NCBI GenBank assembly: GCA_965204745.1
Contig: OZ242010.1
Location: 3,232,001 to 3,296,000, forward strand
Source of the DNA: Candidatus Latescibacterota bacterium
Lineage (GTDB): Bacteria > Latescibacterota > UBA2968
Direction of reading: 5' to 3'
DNA length: 64,000 bases
Shown here: in pieces, positions 1 through 9,173 of the stretch
Position numbering within the stretch: the first letter of the stretch is position 1
Layout of the letters: every line of letters begins with the position of its first letter
Translations under genes and position numbers: made by a program
Notes under the pieces: generated by a model
Seen by the model: the letters and a program-made list of their open reading frames with translations, nothing else
Databases searched by the model: none
What the model was told of the DNA's origin: nothing

Positions 1-767
1 ATGCCGCGCTCGATTCCCTGCTCAATGCCCTGCTCAATGCCCTGCTCAATGCCCTGCTCAAGAAACTGTTCCTTGAACTGCTCCTCGAGGTACTGGGCAA
101 ACGATGACTCACGCATAATCGCGTCCATAAAACCCTCCTGGGAAAAAATTCGGTTGATGGTGGCAGGATCATAAGCCAACCCACTCAAGACCGCCAAGCT
201 ACCCAAATAATTCGCCTTGTCTGCCTCATCCAACGAAACCGAATCGCCCTTGCGAACACACGCACGCAACCAATCTTCGGAACCCATCCCCACAGGCGGC
301 TTCATCAACGGCGCGAAAGGAAGCAAGCCGGCCTGGTCGCCTTCAAGAATGCCGCGCCCGTCCAGCTCGCTCAACCGAATCACCTTGTAGCGCACCAGCA
401 CGGGGAAGTCCGCATGATCTTGGCGGAAAAATCCCTTATCGCTCCGCCCGGCATTGGGACGCAGATAGATGACAAAGGAATAGACCGGCAAGTCATACTG
501 CTCGATGAGGCGGATGATATAGGAAGCCATGCGACGAGCCATATTCGCGCTATCCGAGGTTTGAAATTCGATGTGGATCAAGGCTTCCTCGCCATCGATC
601 CGCACGCGAAGGAGGCTATCGACCAGGCGCGTTTCCACCTTGGGGAGTTCGGTATCGAGGATTTCTTCAACTTCAATTTCGACCTCCTCGCGTCCGAGTG
701 CCAAGCGGATGAGGTCTTGCGGGTAGAGGTGCATCAACTGCTTGGGAATCGTATCGTATTCTGCCAT
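1..767 (-). CDS. Rpn/YhgA-like PD-(D/E)XK nuclease family protein (putative transposase-like); 3' end runs off the window
   Basis: Not in the ORF track because it has no stop in the window. Manual translation from ATG 767 (AGGAGG RBS just upstream): MAEYDTIPKQLMHLYPQDL...RLVDSLLRVRIDGEEALIHIEFQTSDSANMARRMASY...LLPFAPLM...MRESSFAQYLEEQFKEQFLEQGIEQGIEQGIEQGIERG. The D..L/HIEFQ motif and EQGI repeat tail are typical of Rpn proteins. Confidence 0.8.
   Translation of the reverse strand, partial: MAEYDTIPKQLMHLYPQDLIRLALGREEVEIEVEEILDTELPKVETRLVDSLLRVRIDGEEALIHIEFQTSDSANMARRMASYIIRLIEQYDLPVYSFVIYLRPNAGRSDKGFFRQDHADFPVLVRYKVIRLSELDGRGILEGDQAGLLPFAPLMKPPVGMGSEDWLRACVRKGDSVSLDEADKANYLGSLAVLSGLAYDPATINRIFSQEGFMDAIMRESSFAQYLEEQFKEQFLEQGIEQGIEQGIEQGIERG
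15..62 (-). repeat. 12-bp tandem repeat (ccctgctcaatg) encoding EQGI repeats in the Rpn C-terminus
   Basis: About 4 copies directly visible. Confidence 0.9.
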
Positions 768-932
768 GAGACGCCTCCTGACGTGCTATGGTTTGAACGA
801 CTTGCGGAACAAAATAAATAATCCGCAATCCCGCTCGCGCTGTCAAGTGAATTTCCCCAACCGCGCCGCACCACCGCGCCGCCCCGCCGTGTGCGTTCGC
901 CCCGTCTTATATCCTGCGGTTGGGGATTGCGA

Positions 933-1156
933 GGGGGACCTACCCCCTAACCCCCTTCCTTAGAGGAAGGGGGCATGGCGAGCGGTTTTGCGAGGGGATG
1001 GCGTGAGGGATTTTTAATCGCTTTATGCCCTCGGTCAATGCCATCAGCGCAACCCTTGATTAAGCCATCAAAGGCGCTTTCCTCCCCTTTCCTCGTAGGC
1101 ACAGGCGTAGCCTACAACGAAGCGTAGCGAGTAACGGGGCCGGGGGATAGGTCCTC
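933..1156. repeat. REPIN/MITE-like intergenic element, family A (about 220 bp; imperfect terminal inverted repeats GGACCTA(T)CCCCC; hairpins CCCCTTCCT..AGGAAGGGG)
   Basis: Near-identical internal sequence (ttttgcgaggggatgg..tttaatcgctttatgccctcg..gccatcaaagg) recurs at 34050-34290, 43695-43982 and, inverted, at 46855-47390. Confidence 0.85.
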
Positions 1157-1187
1157 TTAAAAACAGCCACCGCCACCGTTGATGGCA

Positions 1188-4100
1188 CTACCGCAAATCC
1201 AGCGCGATGCGTCGTAGCGTACCTTCTGCGCTGGTGATGAGGTCTTCGACATTGGAGCCATCCAAGTTGGCACGCTGAATCTTATCCGGGTACAAGTTCG
1301 TCCAGTACATCTTTCCGCGTCCCACATCCAGCGCGATGCCAACTGGCCTATCCAATCCTGTGGTGATGAGGTCTTCGACATTGGAGCCATCCAAGTTGGC
1401 ACGCTGAATCTTATTCGCTTCAGCGTCCGTCCAGTACATCTTTCCGCGTCCCACATCCAGCGCGATGTCCAATGAGAAACTCAATCCTGTGGTGATGAGG
1501 TCTTCGACATTGGAGCCATCCAAGTTGGCACGATGAATCTTATCCGTGTCAGAGTCCGTCCAGTACATCTTTCCGCGTCCCACATCCAGCGCGATGCTAT
1601 ATGGATTGCTCAATCCTGTGGTGATGAGGTCTTCGACATTGGAGCCATCCAAGTTGGCACGATGAATCTTATCCGTGCCAGGGTTCGTCCAGTACATCTT
1701 TCCGCGTCCCACATCCAGTGCGATGGAAGTTAGAATATTCCAGTTACCGTTTCCGTCAGTGGAGATGGTGTCTTTGACGGTGATGAGGTCTTCGATCTGT
1801 GAGCCATCCAAGTTGGCACGCTTAATCTTAGCCCTGAACAGGCGCTGGAGTGGAAATGGATTGTCCCCAAAGTTCGTATCCTCGTGTGATTCTGTCCAGT
1901 ATATCTTTCCGCTTCCCCCATCCAGCGCGATGCCCGCGTGGCCCCATGCATTACTATTTCCTATGGTGATGAGGTCTTCGATCTGTGAGCCATCCAAGTT
2001 GGCACGCTTAATCTTAAACATGTAATCGGTTATCCAGTACATCTTGGATGGCTTCACCGTGACGCGCACGCCGGTCGAGCAGTTGTTGTTGGTGTTGCTC
2101 TCGCCGGTGACCGCACCCACACACGCGCCGTAGTAATACGTGCCCGTGGTTGAAGGCGCGGTCACGCTACTCGACTGCTCACTCGTCGCCGACGCCGCCA
2201 GCGCGCTTATCGCATCCGACGAGCCAACTTCTGTGTCGCCAGTGGTGATCGTCGCGTCAGACGATTGATAGTAGCGCAGGGTCGTCGCCGTCGCCGGCCC
2301 CGTGCCTTGGTTACGCACCGTCGCGCTTAGCGTGAGCGACTGCCCCGGCGTCGACGTGGTATCGTCCACCGATGGCGATTGCACAACCAGGTCTGGCGCG
2401 CCAACGGTCACTTGGACGCCGGCCGAGCAGTTGTTGCTGACATCGGTCTCGCCGCTGACCGCAGCCACACACGCGCCAAAGTAATACGTGCCCGCGGTCG
2501 CTGGTGCGGTCACGCTACTCGACTGCTCACTCGTCGCCGTCGCCGCCAGCGCGCTTATCGCATCCGACGAGCCGACTTCTGTGTCGCCGGTCGTGATCGT
2601 CGCGTCAGACGATTGGTAATAGCGCAGGGTCGTCGCCACCGCCTCAGCCGTGCCTTGATTACGCACCGTCGCGCTTAGCGTGAGCGACTGCCCAGGCGTC
2701 GGCGTGGTATCGTCCACCGAAGGCGATTGCACAACCAGGTCTGGCGCGCCAACGGTCACTTGGACGCTGGCCGAGCAGTTGTTGCTGACATCGGTCTCGC
2801 CGCTGACTGCTACCACACACGCGCCGTAGTAATACGTGCCCGCGGTTGCTGGTGCGGTCACGCTACTCGACTGCTCACTCGTCGCCGCCGCCGCCAGCGC
2901 GCTTATCGCATCCGACGAGCCAACTTCTGTGTCGCCGGTGGTGATCGTCGCGTCAGACGATTGGTAATAGCGCAGGGTCGTCGCCACCGCCTCAGCCGTG
3001 CCTTGATTACGCACCGTCGCGCTTAGCGTGATCGACTGCCCCGGCGTCGGCGTGGTATCATTCACCGATGGCGATTGCACAAGCAGGTCTGGCGCGCCAA
3101 CGGTCACTTGGACGCTGGCCGAGCAGTTGTTGTTCGTATCGGTCTCGCCGCTGACGCTTGCCACACACGCGCCGTAGTAATACGTGCCGGCGGTTGCTGG
3201 CGCCGTCACGCTACTCGACTGCTCACTCGTCGCCGACGCCGCCAGCGCGCTGATCGCATCCGACGAGCCGACTTCTGTGTCGTCGGTCGTGATCGTCGCG
3301 TCAGACGATTGGTAATAGCGCAGGGTCGTCGCCACCGCCTCAGCCGTGCCTTGATTACGCACCGTCGCGCTTAGCGTCAGCGACTGCCCAGGCGTCGGCG
3401 TGGTATCATTCACCGAAGGCGATTGCACAACCAGGTCTGGCGCACCAACGACCACTTGGACACCGGCCGAGCAGTTGTTGCTGACATCGGTCTCGGCGCT
3501 GACCGCTACCACACACGCGCCGTAGTAATACGTGCCCGCGGTTGCTGGTGCGGTCACGCTACTCGACTGCTCACTCGTCGCCGTCGCCGCCAGCGCGCTT
3601 ATCGCATCCGACGAGCCAACTTCTGTGTCGTCGGTCGTGATCGTCGCGTCAGACGATTGATAATAGCGCAGGGTCGTCGCCGCGGCCTCAGCCGTGCCTT
3701 GATTACGCACCGTCGCGCTTAGCGCGAGCGACTGCCCAGGCGTCGGCGTGGTATCATTCACCGAAGGCGATTGCACAAGCAGGTCTGGCGCGCCAACGGT
3801 CACTTGGACGCTGGCCGAGCAGTTGTTGCTGACATCGGTCTCGCCGCTGACTGCTACCACACACGCGCCGTAGTAATACGTGCCCGCGGTTGCTGGTGCG
3901 GTCACACTACTCGACTGCTCACTCGTCGCCGCCGCCGCCAGCGCGCTGATCGCATCCGACGAGCCGACTTCTGTGTCGTCGGTCGTGATCGTCGCGTCAG
4001 ACGATTGGTAATAGCGCAGGGTCGTCGCCGCGGCCTCGGCCGTGCCTTGATTACGCACCGTCGCGCCTAGCGTAAGCGACTGCCCAGGCGTCGGCGTGGT

Positions 4101-7100
4101 ATCATTCACCGAAGGCGATTGCACAACCAGGTCTGGCGCACCAACGGTCACTTGGACACCGGCCGAGCAGTTGTTGCTGACATCGGTCTCGCCGCTGACG
4201 CTTGCCACACACGCGCCGTAGTAATACGTGCCCGCGGTTGTTGGCGCCGTCACGCTACTCGACTGCTCACTCGTCGCCGACGCCGCCAGGGCGCTGATCG
4301 CATCCGACGAGCCAACTTCTGTGTCGCCGGTCGTGATCGTCGCATTGGTTGAACGGTAATAGCGAAGGGTCGTCGTTGCGGCCTGCCCGGTGCCTTGATT
4401 ACGCACCGTCGCGCGAAGCGTGATCGACTGCTCCGGCGTCGGCGTGGTATCGTCCACCGAAGGCGATTCAACGATCAGGTCAGGAACAACGACCATGACG
4501 CGCACGCCATCCGAGCAGTTGTTGTTCGTCGCACTCTCGGCGCTGACGCTTGCCACACACGCGCCAAAGTAATACGTGCCCACTGCCGCTGGCGCGGTCA
4601 CACTACTCGACTGCTCACTCGTCGCCGACGCCGCCAGCGCGCTTATCGCATCCGCCGTGCCGACTTGCGTGTCGCTGGTGGTGATCGTCGCGTCGGACGA
4701 TTGGTAATAGCGCAGAGTGGTCGCTGTCGCCGTCGCCGTGCCTTGATTACGCACCGTCGCGCGAAGCGTGAGCACCTGCCCCGGCGTCGCCGTGGTCTTA
4801 TCCACCGCAGGCGATTGCACGAGCAGGTCTGGCGCGCCAACGGTCACTTGGACGCCGGTCGAGCAGTTGTTGTTGGTGTTGCTCTCGCCGCTGACCGCAT
4901 CCACGCACGCACCGTAGTAATACGTGCCCGTGGTAGAAGGCGCAGTCACGCTACTCGACTGCACACTCTTCGCCGACACCGCCAGCACGCTTATCGCATC
5001 CGACGAGCCGACTTCTGTGTCGCCGGTCGTGATCGTCGCGTCGGTTGAGCGGTAATAGCGCAGGGTCGCCGCCGCTACCTCAGCCGTGCCTCGGTTGAAC
5101 ACCGTCGCGCTTAGCGTGAACGCCTGCCCTGTCGTCGGCGTGGTATTATCCACCGCAGGCGATTGCACGAGCAGGTCTGGCGCGCCGACGACCACTCGGA
5201 CACCGGCCGAGCAGTTGTTGTTCGTATCGCTCAAGCCCCTGACTAACACACACGCGCCGTAGTAATACGTGCCCGCGGTCAAAGGCGCCGTCACACGACT
5301 CGACTGCTCACTCGTCGCCGACACCGCCAGCGCGCTTATCGCATCCGCCGTGCCGACTTCTGTGTCGCCGGTCGTGATCGTCGCGTCAGACGATTGGTAG
5401 TAGCGCAGGGTCGCCGCTGTCGCCGCCGCCGTGCCTCGATTACCCACCGTCGCGCGAAGCGTGATCGCCTGCCCCGGCGTCGGCGTGGTATCGTCCACCG
5501 ACACCGATTGCACGAGCAAGCCTGGCGCGCCAACGATCACTTGGACGCCGGTCGAGCAGTTGTTGTCGGTGTTGCTCTCGCCGATGCTCGCCACACACGC
5601 GCCGTAGTAATACGTGCCCGCGGTCGCTGGTGCGGTCACACTACTCGACTGCTCACTCGTCGCCGACACCGCCAGCGCGCTTATCGCATCTGCCGTGCCG
5701 ACTTCTGTGTCGCCGGTCGTGATCGTCGCGTCGGACGATTGATAGTAGCGCAGGGTCGTCGTCGCCGCCGCCGCCGTGCCTCGGTTGAGCACTGTCGCGC
5801 GAAGCGTGAACGCCTGCCCCGGCGTCAGCGTGGTATTATCCACCGATGCCGATTGCACAAGCAGGTCTGGGGTACCAACGGTCACCCGGACGCCGGTCGA
5901 GCAGTTGTTGGTGGTGTTGCTCTCGCCGCTGACCGCATCCACACACGCGCCGTAGTAATACGTGCCGGGGATCGCTGCCACGGGCACGCTACTCGACTGC
6001 ACACTCGTCGCTGACACCGCCAGGGCGCTGACTGCGTCCGTGCCGACTTCTGTGTCGCCGGTCGTGATCGTCGCGTCGGCTGAAAGGTAATAGCGCAGGG
6101 TGGTCGTCGTCGCCGCCCCCGTGCCTTGATTACGCACCGTCGCGCTTAGCGTAAGCGACTGCGCCGTCGCCGCCGTGGTCTTATCCACCGATGGCGATTG
6201 CACGACCAGGTCTGGCGCGCCAACGGTCACCCGGACGCTGACCGAGCAGTTGTTGCTGGTATCTTTCTCGTTGCTGACCGCAACCACACACGCGCCGTAG
6301 TAATACGTGCCGGGGATCGCTGACACGGGCACGCTGCTCGACTGCACACTCGTCGCCGACACCGCCAAGGCGCTTATCGCATCCGCCGTGCCGACTTCTG
6401 TGTCGCCGGTGGTGATCGTCGCGTCGGCTGAGAGGTAATAGCGCAGGGTCGTCGCCGCGGACGTCGCCGTGCCTCGATTGCGTACCGTCGCACGTAGCGT
6501 GATCGACTGCCCAGCCGTCGGCGTGGTATTATCCACCGATGGCGATTGCACGAGCAGGTCTGGCGCGCCGACGACCACTCGGACGCCGGCCGAGCAGTTA
6601 TCGCTCGAGCCCCTGACCGCTAACACACACGCGCCGTAGTAATACGTGCCCGCGGTCGCTGGCGTCGTCACACTGCTCGACTGCACACTCGTCGCTCCCA
6701 CCGCCAGGGTGCTTATCACATCCGCCGTGCCGACTTCTGTGTCACCGGTGGTGATCGTCGCGTCGGACGATTGGTAATAGCGCAGGGTCGCCGCTGTCGC
6801 CGCCGCCGTGCCTCGATTACCCACCGTCGCGCGAAGCGTGATCGACTGCCCCGGCGTCGGCGTGGTGTTACTCGCCGTCAGCGATTGCACGAGCAAGCCT
6901 GGCGCGCCAACGATCACTTGGACGCCGGCCGAGCAGTTGTTGCTGGTATCTTTCTCGCCGCTGACCGCAGCCACACACGCGCCGTAGTAATATGTGCCCG
7001 TAGCCGCTGGCGCGGTCAGACGAACCGAGGTATCAAGGCCGTTGCGGGCCGCCAAGCGGTTCACACTATCCGTGCCGACTTCTGTGTCGCCGGTGGTGAT

Positions 7101-8774
7101 CGTCGCGTCGGTTGAGCGATAATAGCGCAGGGTCGTCGCCGCCGCCTCAGCCATGCCTTGATTGTGAACCTTCGCGCTTAGCGTGAGCGACTGCCCCGGC
7201 GTCAGCGTGGTATTATCCACCGATGCCGATTGTACGACCAGGTCTGGCGCGCCAACGACCACTCGGATGCCAGTCGAGCAGTTGTTGCTGACATCGGTCT
7301 CGCCGCTGACCGCAGCCACACACGCGCCGTAGTAATACGTGCCAGCACTCAAAGGCGCGGTCAGAAGGATCGATTCCAAACCCGTGCCCGAAGCCGAAAG
7401 CACGCTGACTGCGTCCGTGCCCACAGACCTATCGCTGGTCGCGATCGTCGCGTCGGACGATTGATGATAACGCAAGGTCGTCGCGGCTGATGGCCCCGTG
7501 CCCCGGTTGCGAACGGTGGCTTGCAGGGTGAAGGATTGACCGGGCGTCAGCGTGCTATCGCTGACCGACGGTGCTTCAACGATCAGATCCGGACTGCGAC
7601 TCCCACCACCGCCACCACCACCGCCACCGACTGTCACGCGCACGCCGGTCGAGCAGTTGTTGCTGGTATCTTTCTCGTTGCTGACCGCAGCCACACACGC
7701 GCCGTAGTAATACGTGCCCGGGGTCAAAGGCGCGGTCAGAGGGATCGATTCCAAACCCGTGCCCGAAGCCGAAAGCACGCTGACTGCGTCCGTGCCCACA
7801 GACCTATCGCTGGTCGCGATCGTCGCGTCGGACGATTGATGATAACGCAAGGTCGTCGCGGCTGATGGCCCCGTGCCCCGGTTGCGAACGGTGGCTTGCA
7901 GGGTGAAGGATTGACCGGGCGTCAGCGTGCTATTGCTGACCGACGGCGCTTCAACGACCAGATCCGGACTGCGACTTCCGCCACCAGAAGGGGGTACTGA
8001 CTTGCCATAACTGCTGGCAAAACTCAGAAAATCCTGAAAGTCTATCGCGCCATCGCTATTCAAATCGTACTTCGCTTCGTATCTGCTATCCCCGCGCCGG
8101 GCGCCATATTGCGCGACAAACGCCAAGAAATCGGGAAAGTCCACCTTCCCATTGCCATTAAAATCGGGCGTGGAAGTCGTCGGAACATTAAACGAGATCC
8201 GGCTTGTCGTGGTGAGCGTATCGCTCGAGGACAAACTTTCAGAAAGCGTCACCAACCCAAGACCAATGGAAAATTCCCGGCCCGTAACATCGGGCGCCGT
8301 GGTGAACTCTGCCCGTGCCAGAAAACCCGACGACGCCAAACGAACCGGCGAAAACGCCGCGAAGTCCGTGCCCGTCGGTTGTGGCACGTTAAAGACAAAC
8401 GCGCGGTTCTCCGCTTTGACAAAGGTCAACAGAGTCGCATCAAAGGCAAACTGAAGTTGCATGCCGATCAAAGATGTGGTCACGCCGGTTGCAAAAACCT
8501 CAATGGCAATCGTATCTCGTCCAGACGCGGTGCCTGATGTGACTTCATTATCTCTCTGATCGCCCGCGCCGCCATTGGGAATCAGATCGAGCGACACCCG
8601 CGCATTGGCATTGGCACCAGCGGCAACTTTCGCGCGCCGTTCAGAAATCGGGGAAGATTCCCCTGTGCCCGCGCCGCCTTGGGCATCCGGTTCGGCTGCG
8701 ACTTGATAGACCACAAAGACCAACGCTGTGAGCGCGGTCATACACAAGCCCGTTGACAAAATCAGTTTACGCAT
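1188..8774 (-). CDS. Giant secreted modular protein A: signal peptide, cohesin-like domain, paired EF-hand/dockerin-like motif, 17 CARDB (Ig-like) repeats, C-terminal 6-bladed YWTD (LDL-receptor class B) propeller
   Basis: ORF of about 2528 aa with an AAGGAG RBS. Contains DFNGNGKVDFPDF and DLNSDGAIDFQDF EF-hands, 17 PDL/PGL..GQS.TL.ATVRN.GT...TYYYGACV..NNCS units and six KMYW(T)D-type repeats. Confidence 0.9.
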   Translation of the reverse strand: MRKLILSTGLCMTALTALVFVVYQVAAEPDAQGGAGTGESSPISERRAKVAAGANANARVSLDLIPNGGAGDQRDNEVTSGTASGRDTIAIEVFATGVTTSLIGMQLQFAFDATLLTFVKAENRAFVFNVPQPTGTDFAAFSPVRLASSGFLARAEFTTAPDVTGREFSIGLGLVTLSESLSSSDTLTTTSRISFNVPTTSTPDFNGNGKVDFPDFLAFVAQYGARRGDSRYEAKYDLNSDGAIDFQDFLSFASSYGKSVPPSGGGSRSPDLVVEAPSVSNSTLTPGQSFTLQATVRNRGTGPSAATTLRYHQSSDATIATSDRSVGTDAVSVLSASGTGLESIPLTAPLTPGTYYYGACVAAVSNEKDTSNNCSTGVRVTVGGGGGGGGGSRSPDLIVEAPSVSDSTLTPGQSFTLQATVRNRGTGPSAATTLRYHQSSDATIATSDRSVGTDAVSVLSASGTGLESILLTAPLSAGTYYYGACVAAVSGETDVSNNCSTGIRVVVGAPDLVVQSASVDNTTLTPGQSLTLSAKVHNQGMAEAAATTLRYYRSTDATITTGDTEVGTDSVNRLAARNGLDTSVRLTAPAATGTYYYGACVAAVSGEKDTSNNCSAGVQVIVGAPGLLVQSLTASNTTPTPGQSITLRATVGNRGTAAATAATLRYYQSSDATITTGDTEVGTADVISTLAVGATSVQSSSVTTPATAGTYYYGACVLAVRGSSDNCSAGVRVVVGAPDLLVQSPSVDNTTPTAGQSITLRATVRNRGTATSAATTLRYYLSADATITTGDTEVGTADAISALAVSATSVQSSSVPVSAIPGTYYYGACVVAVSNEKDTSNNCSVSVRVTVGAPDLVVQSPSVDKTTAATAQSLTLSATVRNQGTGAATTTTLRYYLSADATITTGDTEVGTDAVSALAVSATSVQSSSVPVAAIPGTYYYGACVDAVSGESNTTNNCSTGVRVTVGTPDLLVQSASVDNTTLTPGQAFTLRATVLNRGTAAAATTTLRYYQSSDATITTGDTEVGTADAISALAVSATSEQSSSVTAPATAGTYYYGACVASIGESNTDNNCSTGVQVIVGAPGLLVQSVSVDDTTPTPGQAITLRATVGNRGTAAATAATLRYYQSSDATITTGDTEVGTADAISALAVSATSEQSSRVTAPLTAGTYYYGACVLVRGLSDTNNNCSAGVRVVVGAPDLLVQSPAVDNTTPTTGQAFTLSATVFNRGTAEVAAATLRYYRSTDATITTGDTEVGSSDAISVLAVSAKSVQSSSVTAPSTTGTYYYGACVDAVSGESNTNNNCSTGVQVTVGAPDLLVQSPAVDKTTATPGQVLTLRATVRNQGTATATATTLRYYQSSDATITTSDTQVGTADAISALAASATSEQSSSVTAPAAVGTYYFGACVASVSAESATNNNCSDGVRVMVVVPDLIVESPSVDDTTPTPEQSITLRATVRNQGTGQAATTTLRYYRSTNATITTGDTEVGSSDAISALAASATSEQSSSVTAPTTAGTYYYGACVASVSGETDVSNNCSAGVQVTVGAPDLVVQSPSVNDTTPTPGQSLTLGATVRNQGTAEAAATTLRYYQSSDATITTDDTEVGSSDAISALAAAATSEQSSSVTAPATAGTYYYGACVVAVSGETDVSNNCSASVQVTVGAPDLLVQSPSVNDTTPTPGQSLALSATVRNQGTAEAAATTLRYYQSSDATITTDDTEVGSSDAISALAATATSEQSSSVTAPATAGTYYYGACVVAVSAETDVSNNCSAGVQVVVGAPDLVVQSPSVNDTTPTPGQSLTLSATVRNQGTAEAVATTLRYYQSSDATITTDDTEVGSSDAISALAASATSEQSSSVTAPATAGTYYYGACVASVSGETDTNNNCSASVQVTVGAPDLLVQSPSVNDTTPTPGQSITLSATVRNQGTAEAVATTLRYYQSSDATITTGDTEVGSSDAISALAAAATSEQSSSVTAPATAGTYYYGACVVAVSGETDVSNNCSASVQVTVGAPDLVVQSPSVDDTTPTPGQSLTLSATVRNQGTAEAVATTLRYYQSSDATITTGDTEVGSSDAISALAATATSEQSSSVTAPATAGTYYFGACVAAVSGETDVSNNCSAGVQVTVGAPDLVVQSPSVDDTTSTPGQSLTLSATVRNQGTGPATATTLRYYQSSDATITTGDTEVGSSDAISALAASATSEQSSSVTAPSTTGTYYYGACVGAVTGESNTNNNCSTGVRVTVKPSKMYWITDYMFKIKRANLDGSQIEDLITIGNSNAWGHAGIALDGGSGKIYWTESHEDTNFGDNPFPLQRLFRAKIKRANLDGSQIEDLITVKDTISTDGNGNWNILTSIALDVGRGKMYWTNPGTDKIHRANLDGSNVEDLITTGLSNPYSIALDVGRGKMYWTDSDTDKIHRANLDGSNVEDLITTGLSFSLDIALDVGRGKMYWTDAEANKIQRANLDGSNVEDLITTGLDRPVGIALDVGRGKMYWTNLYPDKIQRANLDGSNVEDLITSAEGTLRRIALDLR

Positions 8775-9173
8775 CACTCGCTCCTTGTGAAAGTTTGGGC
8801 GACTTTAGAATAGGCGTCGCCCGAAGCCTTTACTGCATTCCCCCTCAATGAGCACGCACGCACCGAAAGATAAAAGTGCGGTAAATACTGAATATTTTTT
8901 ATTTTTCGGTGATTTTTTTCATGTCTTATAGAGAGGGAAGCGAAACTGACAAGAGGTGTGTCTGCCCAGTTCAACCCTCGGTTGACCGCTCGACCAACGC
9001 GAGACAACCCCACCCTCGGAGACAGCTCCACGGCCGCACGCTTCGTTGTGCTCGGTCGCCGCGGTCAATCTGCACGGGCGGGCTTATTGCTTCAGGCGTG
9101 CCAGATGTCGGCGTTCACGCCGTGACGCTACAAAGGCTTGTGCCGTTATCGGCTCTTTCTCGCCACCTACCGG

